A stretch of 55,919 bases of DNA, filler included, from Basidiobolus ranarum (lineage: Eukaryota): the NCBI GenBank assembly GCA_040143965.1. It is 3 parts of 3 records of this genome, joined end to end, with 100 filler letters (N's around TTAATTAATTAA, not from the genome) between each part and the next. Parts side by side here need not be neighbours in the genome. Positions count along the whole stretch, not along the records: positions 1 to 18,665 come from JASJQH010000271.1; 2 more parts are not named here. One strand, given 5' to 3'. The notes beneath the pieces are model-generated. The model worked only from the letters and a program-made list of their open reading frames with translations, had not been told where the DNA came from and did not search any database. A program made the position numbers and the translations under genes. Shown one piece after another: positions 1 through 11,180 of this stretch (its first letter is position 1; every line of letters begins with the position of its first letter).

Positions 1-1373
1 TCACGGAGCAAACATCATTTATCAAGCATTTATTACAGTCATCTGATGCATCGCTGAGCAAGTAAAATAGTATCAACAGCTCATCGAAACCCGGTGGAAA
101 ATGCAGCATGACATCTTGAACCATTATTCAAATCAGCGACGGTGCAGTAGGATCTGAGCCCACCATCAATGTCGTAATCTAGAAGCAGCTGCAAACACTT
201 CGCGACGTCGAATTTGGCGATGATGATCGAGGAAATGGCCTTAATTTGTTGTAATGAATAGTCATCGATAACTGTAGATTTTCCGACACGGACTGAGCAG
301 AGGTCTTCGTCAGTCAGTAGGCATTGAATAGATGATGTACGAGAAACACTCGAGATCAGCCCAGGTTTGTCCAAAGGAGTTTAGTGTTGTGTTCATTGCC
401 TAGTAGGAAATGCTACCATATCACTTGAACCACTCGCATTAACTACGTAGCATTGCGGTCAAGTAAATATCTGAATGTATGGATGTTGATTGGCCAATAG
501 GCCTATTTCAATGATAGGAATAAATTCATACTTAACTAATTGAGCTTATTTGCGCTTATTCAGTGTTGGACTTGGGTCTCATCCAAACCCTGCATCTCCG
601 ACAAAATAGTTTCCCCAATGAATTGGTGCTAATTGAAAGTTTCAGTGACAAGTACACGAGTCCGTAGATCCCAAATAGCAACATGTACGATTTGAGGGTG
701 CGTACCCAAAAGATATCGAAGTCAAGAATTGTCGATGTTTGTTTAGCGACCACACAGAAAGTGAACGTGATAGTTGAAAATTACTATGCGGCGATCTGTG
801 CAGACATATGAGCCCTAAAATGCACTTTGCAAATATATCCTTGTTGTTCAGAATATCTTTAGCATTGTTTCGCCCAGTCATGCAAGTGTTGACCTATACA
901 ACACGACCTATGAAATAAGCTTAACATCGAATCTGAGTCAGGCCACTACTGAATAAGGTTATTTCTGCGTATAACGCGGTCGAGCTATTTTGGCCACATA
1001 TGATAAACCATGTTTGCGAAGAGTGTGAAGCAGATATTCACAACAACACTCGATCTTTAAATGCTTGAATTCCGAGATATACCAATTTGATAAGTAAAGA
1101 TGACCATGAATAACTCGGGTTCTCAAGATGGTTTTTTATTTATTTACAGATATAGGAAATTGATTAAATCTGAAGAAATCATTCTTTTGTTTTTCGTATT
1201 TTCGAAATGGTCAGTACGTTAAACGAGGGAGAGTGGCGGAGGAAGGGACAGAGATTTAGAGAATGAGAAAGGGGAATGGCTTTAGTGCTTATTCTAGTAC
1301 CTGTGAATTCAAATGTTCTGGTTAGGTTTGATCGGGTATAATACCGCTAGTAGATAGACTAAATTTAAAATTT

Positions 1374-3758
1374 TCATACCGTATCTATTTTGCGTTTTTT
1401 TGTAGCATTCGTGTCTCCAATATTTTCGTCTTCTGAGGGAGAATCGTTCTTGAAAAGAAAAAAGAGTAAGTTAGAGGATTTCTCAGTAACTACAACGTCA
1501 ACTATACTATTTCTTACCTTTTGAGCATCAGCATGACAAGTAGCATGGTAGACGACATTTTCAAAAAGCACAGCATTCTTATACATCCACTCTTCTTCCG
1601 AATCACTCCAAAAGCTAACGAATTTTTCCTTGCACACCGGGCAAGGTTTCCCGTGATGATCGTGGGGAACAACAATAGTCATTTCTTTTAGTGCTGATTC
1701 ATCATCAGTCTCCTGTTGCGAGTTATTGCTTTCTTGATCAAAGAATGCTGGTGCCTGTAGAGAAGATGCTTGATTCTCCCGTGAATGAATCCAATCTTCT
1801 TCCGATACAAACCAAGTTCTGGATTGAATTTTCTTAGCCTTTTCTTTCAACCGTCGATTCTGACGAAAATGCCAGTCAAGATGCTGGTCCATCTTGATTC
1901 TACCAGCTTCGTTCTTTTGATAACGAAAGCCACATGTTGTACACTGCAACGCCAATGCCTCGTATAACGAGGCCACCGAGCCTGGTCGTTTCCTATCAAT
2001 GTTCAAAAAATACTATTAACACTACATGGTATTACAACATAAAGCTTATGATGTACATACTTTTGGATGTCTTCGTGTGATAATTTGACCTGGATTCCAG
2101 TAGACCTGGTAAACGATGGTGGCATCTTGGGCCCTGGGTTTGATAACAATCCGGGAAGTGGAGCTATACTCGAGATTTTCGGGATGTTAAGTAAATTGTT
2201 GGACCCCAGTAGCCCAAAGGCCATCAAATTTTGAACCAAATCTGCTGGATTCGCAGCAGAGGTGGGAGTGGCGGCTGATGTAAAAGTGGGGAGAGTAGAA
2301 GGGATGCCAGAAGTAGCAGGTGTAGATGCTATTTGAGGGCTTGGTAAAGGTGCGGGAGCAGGTGAGGAAACCGGTGTTCGCATTTGATTGAGTTGTTGCC
2401 GAAATATCGCCACTTGATTGGGTTGAAGCGGTGCTGATTGTACTAAAGTTTGCAACTAAACTCAAGAGGTGTACATTAGATTTGATTCTGGCACCCTCGA
2501 CAAGTAGACATTACTCGACTAACTAACCTTTTGTAGTATTTGAATTTGATTTTGTGTGGCAGTAGTGTGTGCTTGAAGTTGCTGTTGCTGCTTTTGACCA
2601 ATTAGAGCTTGAATTTCGGTCAATAAATTGTGTTTGTCAACAGATCCATCAGGAATGGCAGCTTTAGAAGACGAATCGAAAGATGCTGTAGGAGATGCCT
2701 ATATTTATGCAAGAAAAATCTGTCAACATCATTCTTTTTGACACATTAACTAGATAAGAAATGGCAAACAGCATGGAGTTATTTGAATAACATGCATATG
2801 GGTATGTATAGAGGCATATACAAGGTGCTGCTACTATATCAGTATCCCCACCCATTAGAATGATTAAGATAAATTGTTTATTGAAATAGAGAATATCTTT
2901 TGTCCTCGCTCCAACTGAATGTCGGCAGCTGAGTGGTAATGCATTGAAGAGAACAATGAAATCAATGAGAGAAATATTCAAAAAGCCTACCTGACGAAAT
3001 GAGTTAGAAGGAGAGGGTTGAGTAGAAGGAATGGGGGCTCTTGGTTCCAAAGCTCTATCTCCATCACCTCCGGAGGGCCTTGTCCGAGGGTCTCTCCAAT
3101 TAGTGGGTTTTCCCGGAGGAAGACGCTGCGATATATTTCTATCCGATGCTGGCTTCTGCTTTAACGTTGAATTTTAGCAGTGATTGATAAAACTGGCATT
3201 GAAATATGATTGAAAAGTAGCTTACCGAATTACGCACAAAGCTAGGGTTGACGTGCATATGAGAGCCATTCGAAGCCTTGTGTCGCTGATGATATTTAAA
3301 TAAAGAACGTTCAATATTAGAGATGAGTTCAGGAGGAAAGAGGGGCCCATTGGGCCCATTCTTCCAAGTACCCAAAACCCGTTCAAGATTTTTTTGAGTT
3401 GCCTGGTCTACGCTAAAAAAAGTATCCAAATACGTTTTAACTATGTTTCTTGAGAAAAGGCCAACATAAGCTCCGCCAACATTCTTGCATATAGAATCAA
3501 GTAGGTAAAATACTGGGAGTTTTTGACGTGGATGTACCTTCAAAAACGTTAGTAGAGGCTGGGGAGAAAAAGGTAAATAACATGACTTACTCGGCGAATT
3601 TGATCTTCAATCGTTTGAACAATCACTTTTGCACCATTGATATGTTCTTGTGCCAATATAGTCAAATTTGTGATGATTGGCTTCGAATTAAAAGTAAGAT
3701 CAGCAAGCGAGGCTCTATATTGTTGACGCACAGTCTCCAAAGCGAGGTCGGGATTCAT
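1374..3758 (-). CDS. PCF11: mRNA cleavage/polyadenylation and Pol II termination factor Pcf11 (multi-exon)
   Basis: N-terminal CID (LADLTFNSKPIITNLTILAQE; KLPVFYLLDSICKNVG), RDPR motif, Q/P-rich middle, C-terminal zinc-binding regions (QCTTCGFRY..MDQHLDWHFRQN..SRTWF; CPVCKEKF..WSDSEEEWMYKNAV..YHATC). ATG at 3758; GT..AG introns join the ORF-track pieces; stop at 1374-1376. Confidence 0.93.
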
Positions 3759-4837
3759 TTTCTGCAAATCTCAACCGAAACTAATTCAAGATATAAGCTA
3801 CTACCTTAGGTCGATTTATTATTAGGTTACTACAGAGAAGCTGGTCTAGTCAACTGGATTGCAGGCGTTTATGAAAAGTAAAGTGAGAAGTCCGATGGTC
3901 TAGTCGTCTGTAATTTAAGAAGATGCAGGTGATAAAAACAGGGATTAGCCTTGAAATTTACCTGAGCAAAAAAATAAAAATAGCTTTCATTATGGTGCAT
4001 ATTTTGTATACAATCAGAAACTTCTCACAGAATCAGATGACGTGCTTTTTTGTTGGCACAGGACCGTAATATATTGCCAAATACAAATCGAATTAAGTAG
4101 AATTAAGCTACCCCATTTATTAGTATTTAAAAGCAGATGACACATGATACAAATTGATTACGGTAACTTTGGTTTTTTTAGCGTCATAACTATCCAAGCA
4201 TGGAAGCTTTGAAATGTTCTAGACTCTCATCGAATCTTCTGCGTCTGATCTTCAACTGATTTAATATTTGTTTGCGACATTTTTTATAGAGCTGGTTGAT
4301 GCGAGCTGTAAGACATTAGTTGTAGTAGCAGATTACAGTGCACCTTTTATACTGAATGCTGAATAATAGTCCAACATTTAACACTACGTAAGCGGACCGT
4401 TGATGTGAAGTTTTCACTGCATCTCTGTTATTGTTACTATTATGAAGTCGCCACAAGAATACTTGGCTCATTGTGGGTTGATTTTTCACTTGGCATTACT
4501 AATAGTATGTGCAAAGATGAACTATGAACAGTGTCTTTGGATTACTTCAATACTTGTTGATAGGTGAATTGTTTCATTTTAATGTTGATGGGGGACACAT
4601 TGGGGATTTTGGATTTTACTGTATCGTGAACAAGTATCGATTCTATAGTTGGGGTAGGAACAAATGGGTATGTAGGTAGGTAATTCTTGACCACTGTAAC
4701 TATACATAAAACTAGAGCCCACAGTTAATACACAATTGAGTCTACTACTAATAATTGGACTATATATAGCATAAGATAGGAATAATAACTTCTGATTGTT
4801 TGTGATCACACATAACCAGTCACTCAAAAGATGCTGT

Positions 4838-5168
4838 TGTTTGAGTATTTTGGGAGCCTGTTTGGTGGTTAGGAGAACCATAGAAGTTGTTGGTTTTCAC
4901 TCATTGCTTTATTGAGTAGGAGGTTGACATTTATAATTTGTCATGAAGTAAACAAATAAATATATAGATATGTTAAGGAGGTCTCACAAACATGTGTGCA
5001 AAGCTTGGGGCTTGTAGCACAAGTTTGTAAAATCTTTATATCTCAGAACTTCTAAGCTGGCAAAATATTCCAAGTAAATCATGATTGAGAAGGGGGGGAT
5101 TGATATCTTGGTGAAAAATAGAATAACTAAATACTAAGATTTAAGTATAGGTAATGCTAATTTCAATA
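4838..5168 (-). mobile_element. 3' LTR of a Ty1/copia element (diverged copy of the local LTR family)
   Basis: Aligns by eye with 6111-6458 and 10310-10648. On the minus strand it is preceded by a polypurine tract GAGGGAGGG (5172-5180) and a copia RNase H-like tail (TLTKPYIMQKPEKFRLSLGFVY, ~5190-5260). Confidence 0.75.
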
Positions 5169-5259
5169 AAACCCTCCCTCAACTAAATAGTCTTATAAAC
5201 AAATCCTAAGGAAAGTCTAAATTTCTCAGGTTTCTGCATAATATATGGTTTGGTTAGGG

Positions 5260-6110
5260 TAGATGACCAGCACCTGGTGATGCAGACTTTATCTAGCTTA
5301 TGTACTTTGGTAAACAAAGTAACATTTAAGATGTCAATCTTCTAACATATTGGTGATGTGGATGAAAAGCACCAGAAGGTGTAATCATTATTTATCTCAA
5401 GTAATTCTACACAACAAATAATTAAGCCAAGATGAAAGTAAAAGTCAAAGGTCCACCTAACTAAGACCTGTTTAGGGCAGCTTCCCAAATCTCATTGTAC
5501 AAAATAAAGGTGTGGGAATGAAGCACCTTAGCTTGGGAAATGTAGAAGTCTTTCATTAATTTTGTTATAAGTGGTGAGGAGGAATTTGTTAGAAGTTAAG
5601 TAAATCTCCAAAGCAGAGTGTCCTTTTCAGAAAAGGGAACATAAAGTAGTGTACCAGCATTTTCTTGGAAGCAATGATCAATTGGCTCCTAATCAATCCC
5701 ATCATGTACTTCTTTGGTGAATTCTGAGGTAATACTCTTATCTAGTACAATTTCAAGAGTGTGATGATTCATGTATCTCATGTTAAAAATCTTGGTAAAT
5801 CAATACCTGTCACAATAAGGAACTGGACAAGGACTGGGAACAACAACAAGAGGCTAGAAGGCAGGAGAGTACTTGGGTATAGACCATAAGACAAGACAAG
5901 ACAAGACAAGGCTGCACAGGGAAGATACTTGTCAAGAATCTTTACTGATAACTGGCATTGATCAGACCTCAGTCTGATCAAGGAATTCATGGGGCTTATA
6001 TAGATATTGCAAGGTGAAACATAATATTCTAATAGGGAATATACTGTGGCAAGTTCAAGTATTAGGGTGTTGGGGACTACAAGGACCAATACAAAGCAGG
6101 ATGATGTAAG
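5260..6110 (-). mobile_element. Decayed repeat-derived sequence, possibly non-LTR (LINE-like) debris
   Basis: CpG-free, stop-ridden, sandwiched between two LTRs. Minus-strand fragment ..FILYNEIWEAAL.. resembles LINE ORF2 C-termini. Contains an (ACAAG)n tract at ~5888-5910. Confidence 0.3.
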
Positions 6111-6458
6111 TGTTAAAGTATTTGCAAGCCTGTTGGAAGTGGTTTGGAGAATTAGAGGAATTGGTGGTTTTCACTTATTGATTTATTGAGTAGAAAGTTG
6201 ACATTTATAGTTTTGTAAAGATGTAAGCAAACTAACATGTAGAATATGTTAAAAAAGGTGTCAGGAACATGTGTGCAAAGTTTGGGGCTTCTAGCACAAG
6301 TTTGAAAAATCTATATATCTGAGAACTTCCAAGTTGGTAAAAATATTCCAAGTAAATTCCAATTGAGAATAATTGATAATATCTTAGTGAGTTATAAGAT
6401 AACTAAGTACTAAGCTATATATGACTATATAGGTGTTTAGCCAATGCTAATTTCAAAA
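6111..6458 (-). mobile_element. Solo LTR (copia family)
   Basis: + strand reads TGTTAAAGTA...GCTAATTTCAAAA, a close reverse complement of 10310-10648. No adjacent PPT/PBS and no clear TSD. Confidence 0.8.
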
Positions 6459-6459
6459 A

Positions 6460-7496
6460 CTATTTCATATATCACATATAAGTTAGTCAACATTATTTAG
6501 TCAAAAACCAGTTGGCTGAAAATTGGAATATAAATTATATGTATATATATGTGAATGATGTGAGAATTAGCAATTCCATATTGGAAATTTCAAACTCATC
6601 CAAATTGCCCAAAACATAGCTCATTTTACTCCCACTTATATTTGGAACACAACCCCAGTGTTAGTTTTCTGTACTTCCACCAAAATGTATAAATGCTTTA
6701 TTTCTGGACAATAAATAATTATCTCACAAAGCTATTCACAACTCCACTTTCCTAAAGTTCCTCCAGACAGCCCAGATTTTTCTAATAACTGGTACTTTTC
6801 AAAGTGTTGAAATTAGCCCCAAAGTTAAAGGCAAGTAAAAAGCCACACAAACACTGCATAGCATCCTCAGTAGTGTCACACTACAAGGATGTATGAAAAT
6901 AGTCAAAGTGCTTGAGGAGTATTTTCAAAAGTATGAAGGGAAAAATGCAGTGCAAGTATGCAGAAAGTGGCTTCAGTAGAAGAACATTCAACTTGACATT
7001 CAGTCTGGTGTTGACCGTTCAGATATCTGGGAAGAACTAAATACAGAGTGGCACAATATTGTAGGGTATCCATTGGATGGCTGGAAGAATGTTGATTCAG
7101 CAACATTAATACAATGGTGGGCTTTGATGAAGATATTAATACAAACTCATGTTGGATATCAGCTAAACCTTGGGTATTAAGAACTCTATAAGAATATTCA
7201 GGAGAATATATCACAGAAACTAGGAATTTTGAAGGTGACATATTAGCATTCAAGTGGTAAATGTGTAAAATTTGAGTTATGTTTTTTGCACATGCATTGA
7301 TCCATAATTCTCTGATATTGTAGCCAATCATGAGCAACTATTTTGCAAGATCTTCAAATTTCACTCCTGAAACTGAAAAAATTGATTAAATTCAAATCCA
7401 ACTTGACAACTTTATGATGGCAAGTAAATGGTCAATCCCAAATGGATTAAAATTGTGACAGTTTTCCTATGATGACAATCCTCAAATTTCTGTTAG
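6460..7496 (-). mobile_element. Degenerate non-LTR retrotransposon-like remnant
   Basis: Nearly CpG-free. Minus ORF 6903-7337 (..SVIYSPEYSYRVLNTQGLADIQ..) and a downstream C-x-CDTTEDAMQCLC motif resemble the post-RT/zf-RVT region of LINEs; many stops. Confidence 0.3.
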
Positions 7497-10309
7497 GGTC
7501 CAGTAGGTAAGTCCAAAAGGATTCATGTGTTATTCTTGATTAGAGTGTGAATCTCATCATCAGTGGCTTTTTGCTATTCTGTTGCTTCATCAGATTGCAG
7601 TGCTTGTTTCAAATTTTCTGGTTCAGAAAATGCTATATGTGCAGATTTATTCTACCCTTTTTCTGAATTAAATCTGTTGATTTCATGCTCTGATTTGAGA
7701 CATCCAGAGTCCCTGGTAGAATGGTCAGTTGTTCCACTTAGAAGATGTTTCTGATTTCCACTTGGTAGGATTTCTGAGACCTGATTACCTGAGTTTTGTG
7801 ATTGCTTGAATACTTGATGCAATTGATTGCATACTTCTAATAGTTCATTGCATCCAATATCAGCCATATTGAGAGTAGGATATTTCTTAGTTACATGATT
7901 GGTTAGAACATTGTTGCCTAGCTTCTGAGCCCAACTTCCTGATTCCAATTGGCTGACCAAATATCCTTTTTCTGATAATCATATTTTTCATTGGCAGAGT
8001 TGATATGCTGATTTCCAGAAGCTGGTTCCAAATTATCCATCTCCTCAGAGTAAAAATCAGGATTTCTGATACAAATTGGTGCATTTCTGGTGTTGCCTAA
8101 TGTTTAACTACATGTTTAGCTGCTTGATTCCAGAATAGCATATATTAGTTTGTTCTCCTTGGTTTCAGTACTTGTAGCAAAGTTTGAGACAGGATTATTG
8201 CTTGTGGGTTTTCTGCTAGGAATATTCACTACAGGGACTAGTAATGATTTGGGCTTTGTCATCTATTCTTTGGTGGCTGATGTTTTAAACCTTGTCCTAG
8301 ATGTGATATTTTCTAAATTTGGATAATGTTGATAAGTAGTTTTAGATTCCAAATTTGGCCTAATTCCACTATCTATTTCCAATGTATCATTTTCCAAGTT
8401 GGTTTCAGTACCCATTACCTTAAGATTAGTTTCAGAACTTGTTAACTCAGATTTTGTGTTATTGAGAAATTGATTTTCAGCCAAAATTAAATTCCCTTGA
8501 TTTGAAGATTTGAGATTTTTTTCAATGAATATAGCATCTCTGGAGTTGATGATATGATTTGTGCTAGCAATTAGGAGACAATAGCCTTTGCTCTGATATT
8601 CTAATGGGCTACTTATAATTGCCTTTTTGTCCAATTTCTATGCTGAGGTTCAGGAATATGTGCATATACTATTGATCCAAATATTTTGAGATGATTCAGA
8701 TTAGGCTTGTTTCCAGTCCAGAATTCAATAGGAGCTTTAGAGTCATGGTTGCTACATGTTGGACCTCTATTTTAGGGATATGTAGCTATTAAAATAGCTT
8801 CATCCCAATAGCTCTTAGGCAGATCTGAATCAATCAGCATTGAATGTGCTTTCTCTATTAAAGTCCTTTTCATCCTTTCTGCTACTCCATTTTGTTCTGG
8901 ACTCTATGGAATAGTAACTTGGTTCTGAATTCCCTTTTCTCAACAACAGCTAGTCATGGCTTCATTGCTAAATTTAGTTCCATTATTACTGTATAGGTAT
9001 TTGATTTTTCTTCCTGTTATGATTGTGACCATTGCTTCATATATCTTGAAATATTGAAATCCTTGCACTTTGCTTGGCAGAAGATATGAAACTGTGAAGC
9101 AAGATTTATCATCAATAAAGAAGAGTAAATATTGTTGCTTACTTGGTATCAGAGTTTACATTGGGCCTCATATGTCTGTATGAATAGGATCCAATTAATC
9201 TTTGGCTTTGTTAGCTCCTTCTTTTGCAAATGGTTTTCTGGTGATTTTCCCTTGAATACAGCTTTCACATTTAGTAATATCTGAAGGCTTAAGATCCATT
9301 CCAGTACATAGGCTATTTTTATATATTAGTTTCACACTATTTTAGTTTTGATGATCCAAGCATTGATGCCAAGTCATCAAAATTCCAGAGGTAATTGTTG
9401 CAAAGTTAGAAACAGTTTCAGTTATCAGTGCAATATCCAGGTTATATAGATTCCTAATTCTTGTTCCAGTTGCTACTATCAAGTCCTTTGATTTGTATAT
9501 GATTGCTTTTCCTTGGCTGAATTTGACATCATAATGTGTCTTTTCAATTGCTCCAATTAAAAATAGATTTGTTGTAAATGATGGAATATATGAGACATCT
9601 TCCAAGGTTACCATTATACTTTTGGTTTAACTTATTTGTAAGTCAAGTGTGACCTTTCTCATTTCATATGCAAACAGTTTGTTTATTCCAGCTACCATGA
9701 TGTCTAGAGATTCTATTTCCTTATAGTCATGCATTATGTTTCTATTGTGACACATAGAAGCACTTGCATCAGAATCCAGAATCCATACATCAGCAGAGTC
9801 ATTTCCTGATTTAGAGGTTGCCATAAGTACATAGTATTCGTTTCCTCTTTTAGTGGAGCTATAAGCTTCCTTTTTCTTTGAAACCCATTTCTTCTTTGAT
9901 CTGCAATAACATGCATGTGTCCCAGTTTTCCACATTTGTAACATTTCACAGTGCTCCTTTCTGGTTTACTATTTTGGGAATAAAATGCTTGTGTAGTATT
10001 TGTTTCATCTGCAAGCTGACTTTTATCTTTCCTTTTAAGTTCTTTTTGACATAGACAAGTGATCAGATAATGCTGAGTAAGCTTATCCCCAATTACTCCC
10101 AAAGTAAGAACTAGGCCTGAACATGATTCAGGGAGACCATTAAGTATGGTAAGAATTATATCCATTCCAGGTACTTCATAATTCACTAATTTGAGTTGTT
10201 TGGCAAGTTTCTTGACACCATTTACATATGTCATAATATTTGAATCCTCAGACATAAAAGAGTTTAAGAATTTTCTTTGTAGCATCATCAAGTAAGCAAG
10301 CCCTTTTTA
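7497..10309 (-). mobile_element. Degenerate Ty1/copia gag-pol (gag C-terminus, zinc knuckle, protease, integrase, start of RT); pseudogenised and truncated at both ends
   Basis: Gag (LQRKFLNSFMSEDSNIMTYV..ILNGLPES), CYKCGKLGH knuckle, protease WILDSDAS, pre-integrase WHQCLDH, integrase (CESCIQGK, IHTDI*GPM, PEQNGVAER) and RT start (SEPENLKQALQSDEA..DEIHTLIKNNT*ILLDLPTG). PR-IN-RT order indicates copia; numerous stops and frameshifts. Confidence 0.92.
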
Positions 10310-10648
10310 TGTTGAAATTAGCATTGCCTAAACACCTATATAGTCATATATAGCTTAGTACTTAGTTATCTTATAATTCACTAAGATATTATCCATTATC
10401 CTCAATTGGAATTTACTTAGAATATTTTTACCAACTTAGAAGTTCTCCAATATATGGATTTTTCAAAGAAGCCCCAAACTTTGCACACATGTTCCTGGGA
10501 CCTTTCTTAACACATTCTACATGTTAGTTTGTTTACATCTTGACAAAACTATAAATGTCAACTTTCAACTCAATAAATCAATAAGTGAAAACCACCAATT
10601 TCTCTAATTCTCCAAACCACTTCCAACAGGCTCCCAAATACTTTAACA
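10310..10648 (+). mobile_element. Solo LTR (copia family) abutting the truncated gag in opposite orientation
   Basis: Intact termini TGTTGAAA...CTTTAACA (TG..CA with short terminal inverted repeat), 339 bp; inverted copy of 6111-6458. Confidence 0.85.
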
Positions 10649-11180
10649 AAGTATTGATAATTTTTTGTTAATTTGCAATAACTCAATTTTACTATTAGTT
10701 CATTTATTTTTCTGCATTTAGTGAATCTGGCTTTGTTCTCTAGCACAAAATATAGTCTTATGAGTGGTTTGAGTGACAAATTCAAGTATGTATGTGCTCA
10801 ATACTACAATATGATAGCTAGAATTTTGAGAATCATGAAGTAATCGTAACATAAAATCCAAGTTTGGCAAAGAGTAAATTGAGTAAAGCATCAATGCTAA
10901 ATAACGAGTCAGACACTACTCAAGCAATGAGTTGAATGAAGCATTAGAATGTAAGATTTAATTGAACACATTAAGATAGGAAGTGGGATCTAAGATGAAA
11001 TGAAGCTTCTCCAAAGAATATATATAAAAGGGGGAATGATGCAGTGGTAAAGTGAAGTGAAAATCAAACCAACTAATGAGTAAGTGAATGCATAAGAATG
11101 GAGGATATATGGGCGAATGTGAGAGGAAGTTGTCTAAACTACACATAGACGTAGCTATAAATGGGAATAAGGTGAAAGAA

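Noticed and set aside
81..881. Short minus-strand ORFs at the window start
   Set aside because: No recognisable domain and no coherent splice model; possibly pseudogene debris but unsupported.
2664..3050. 128-aa minus ORF read as a separate hydrophobic protein
   Set aside because: It is the end of a PCF11 exon reading through intron 3; only the first ~20 codons are exonic.
6111..10648. Intact LTR retrotransposon or TIR DNA transposon
   Set aside because: The repeats are inverted rather than direct, have LTR-type TG..CA ends and lack a TSD. The interior lacks most of RT/RNase H and any transposase.
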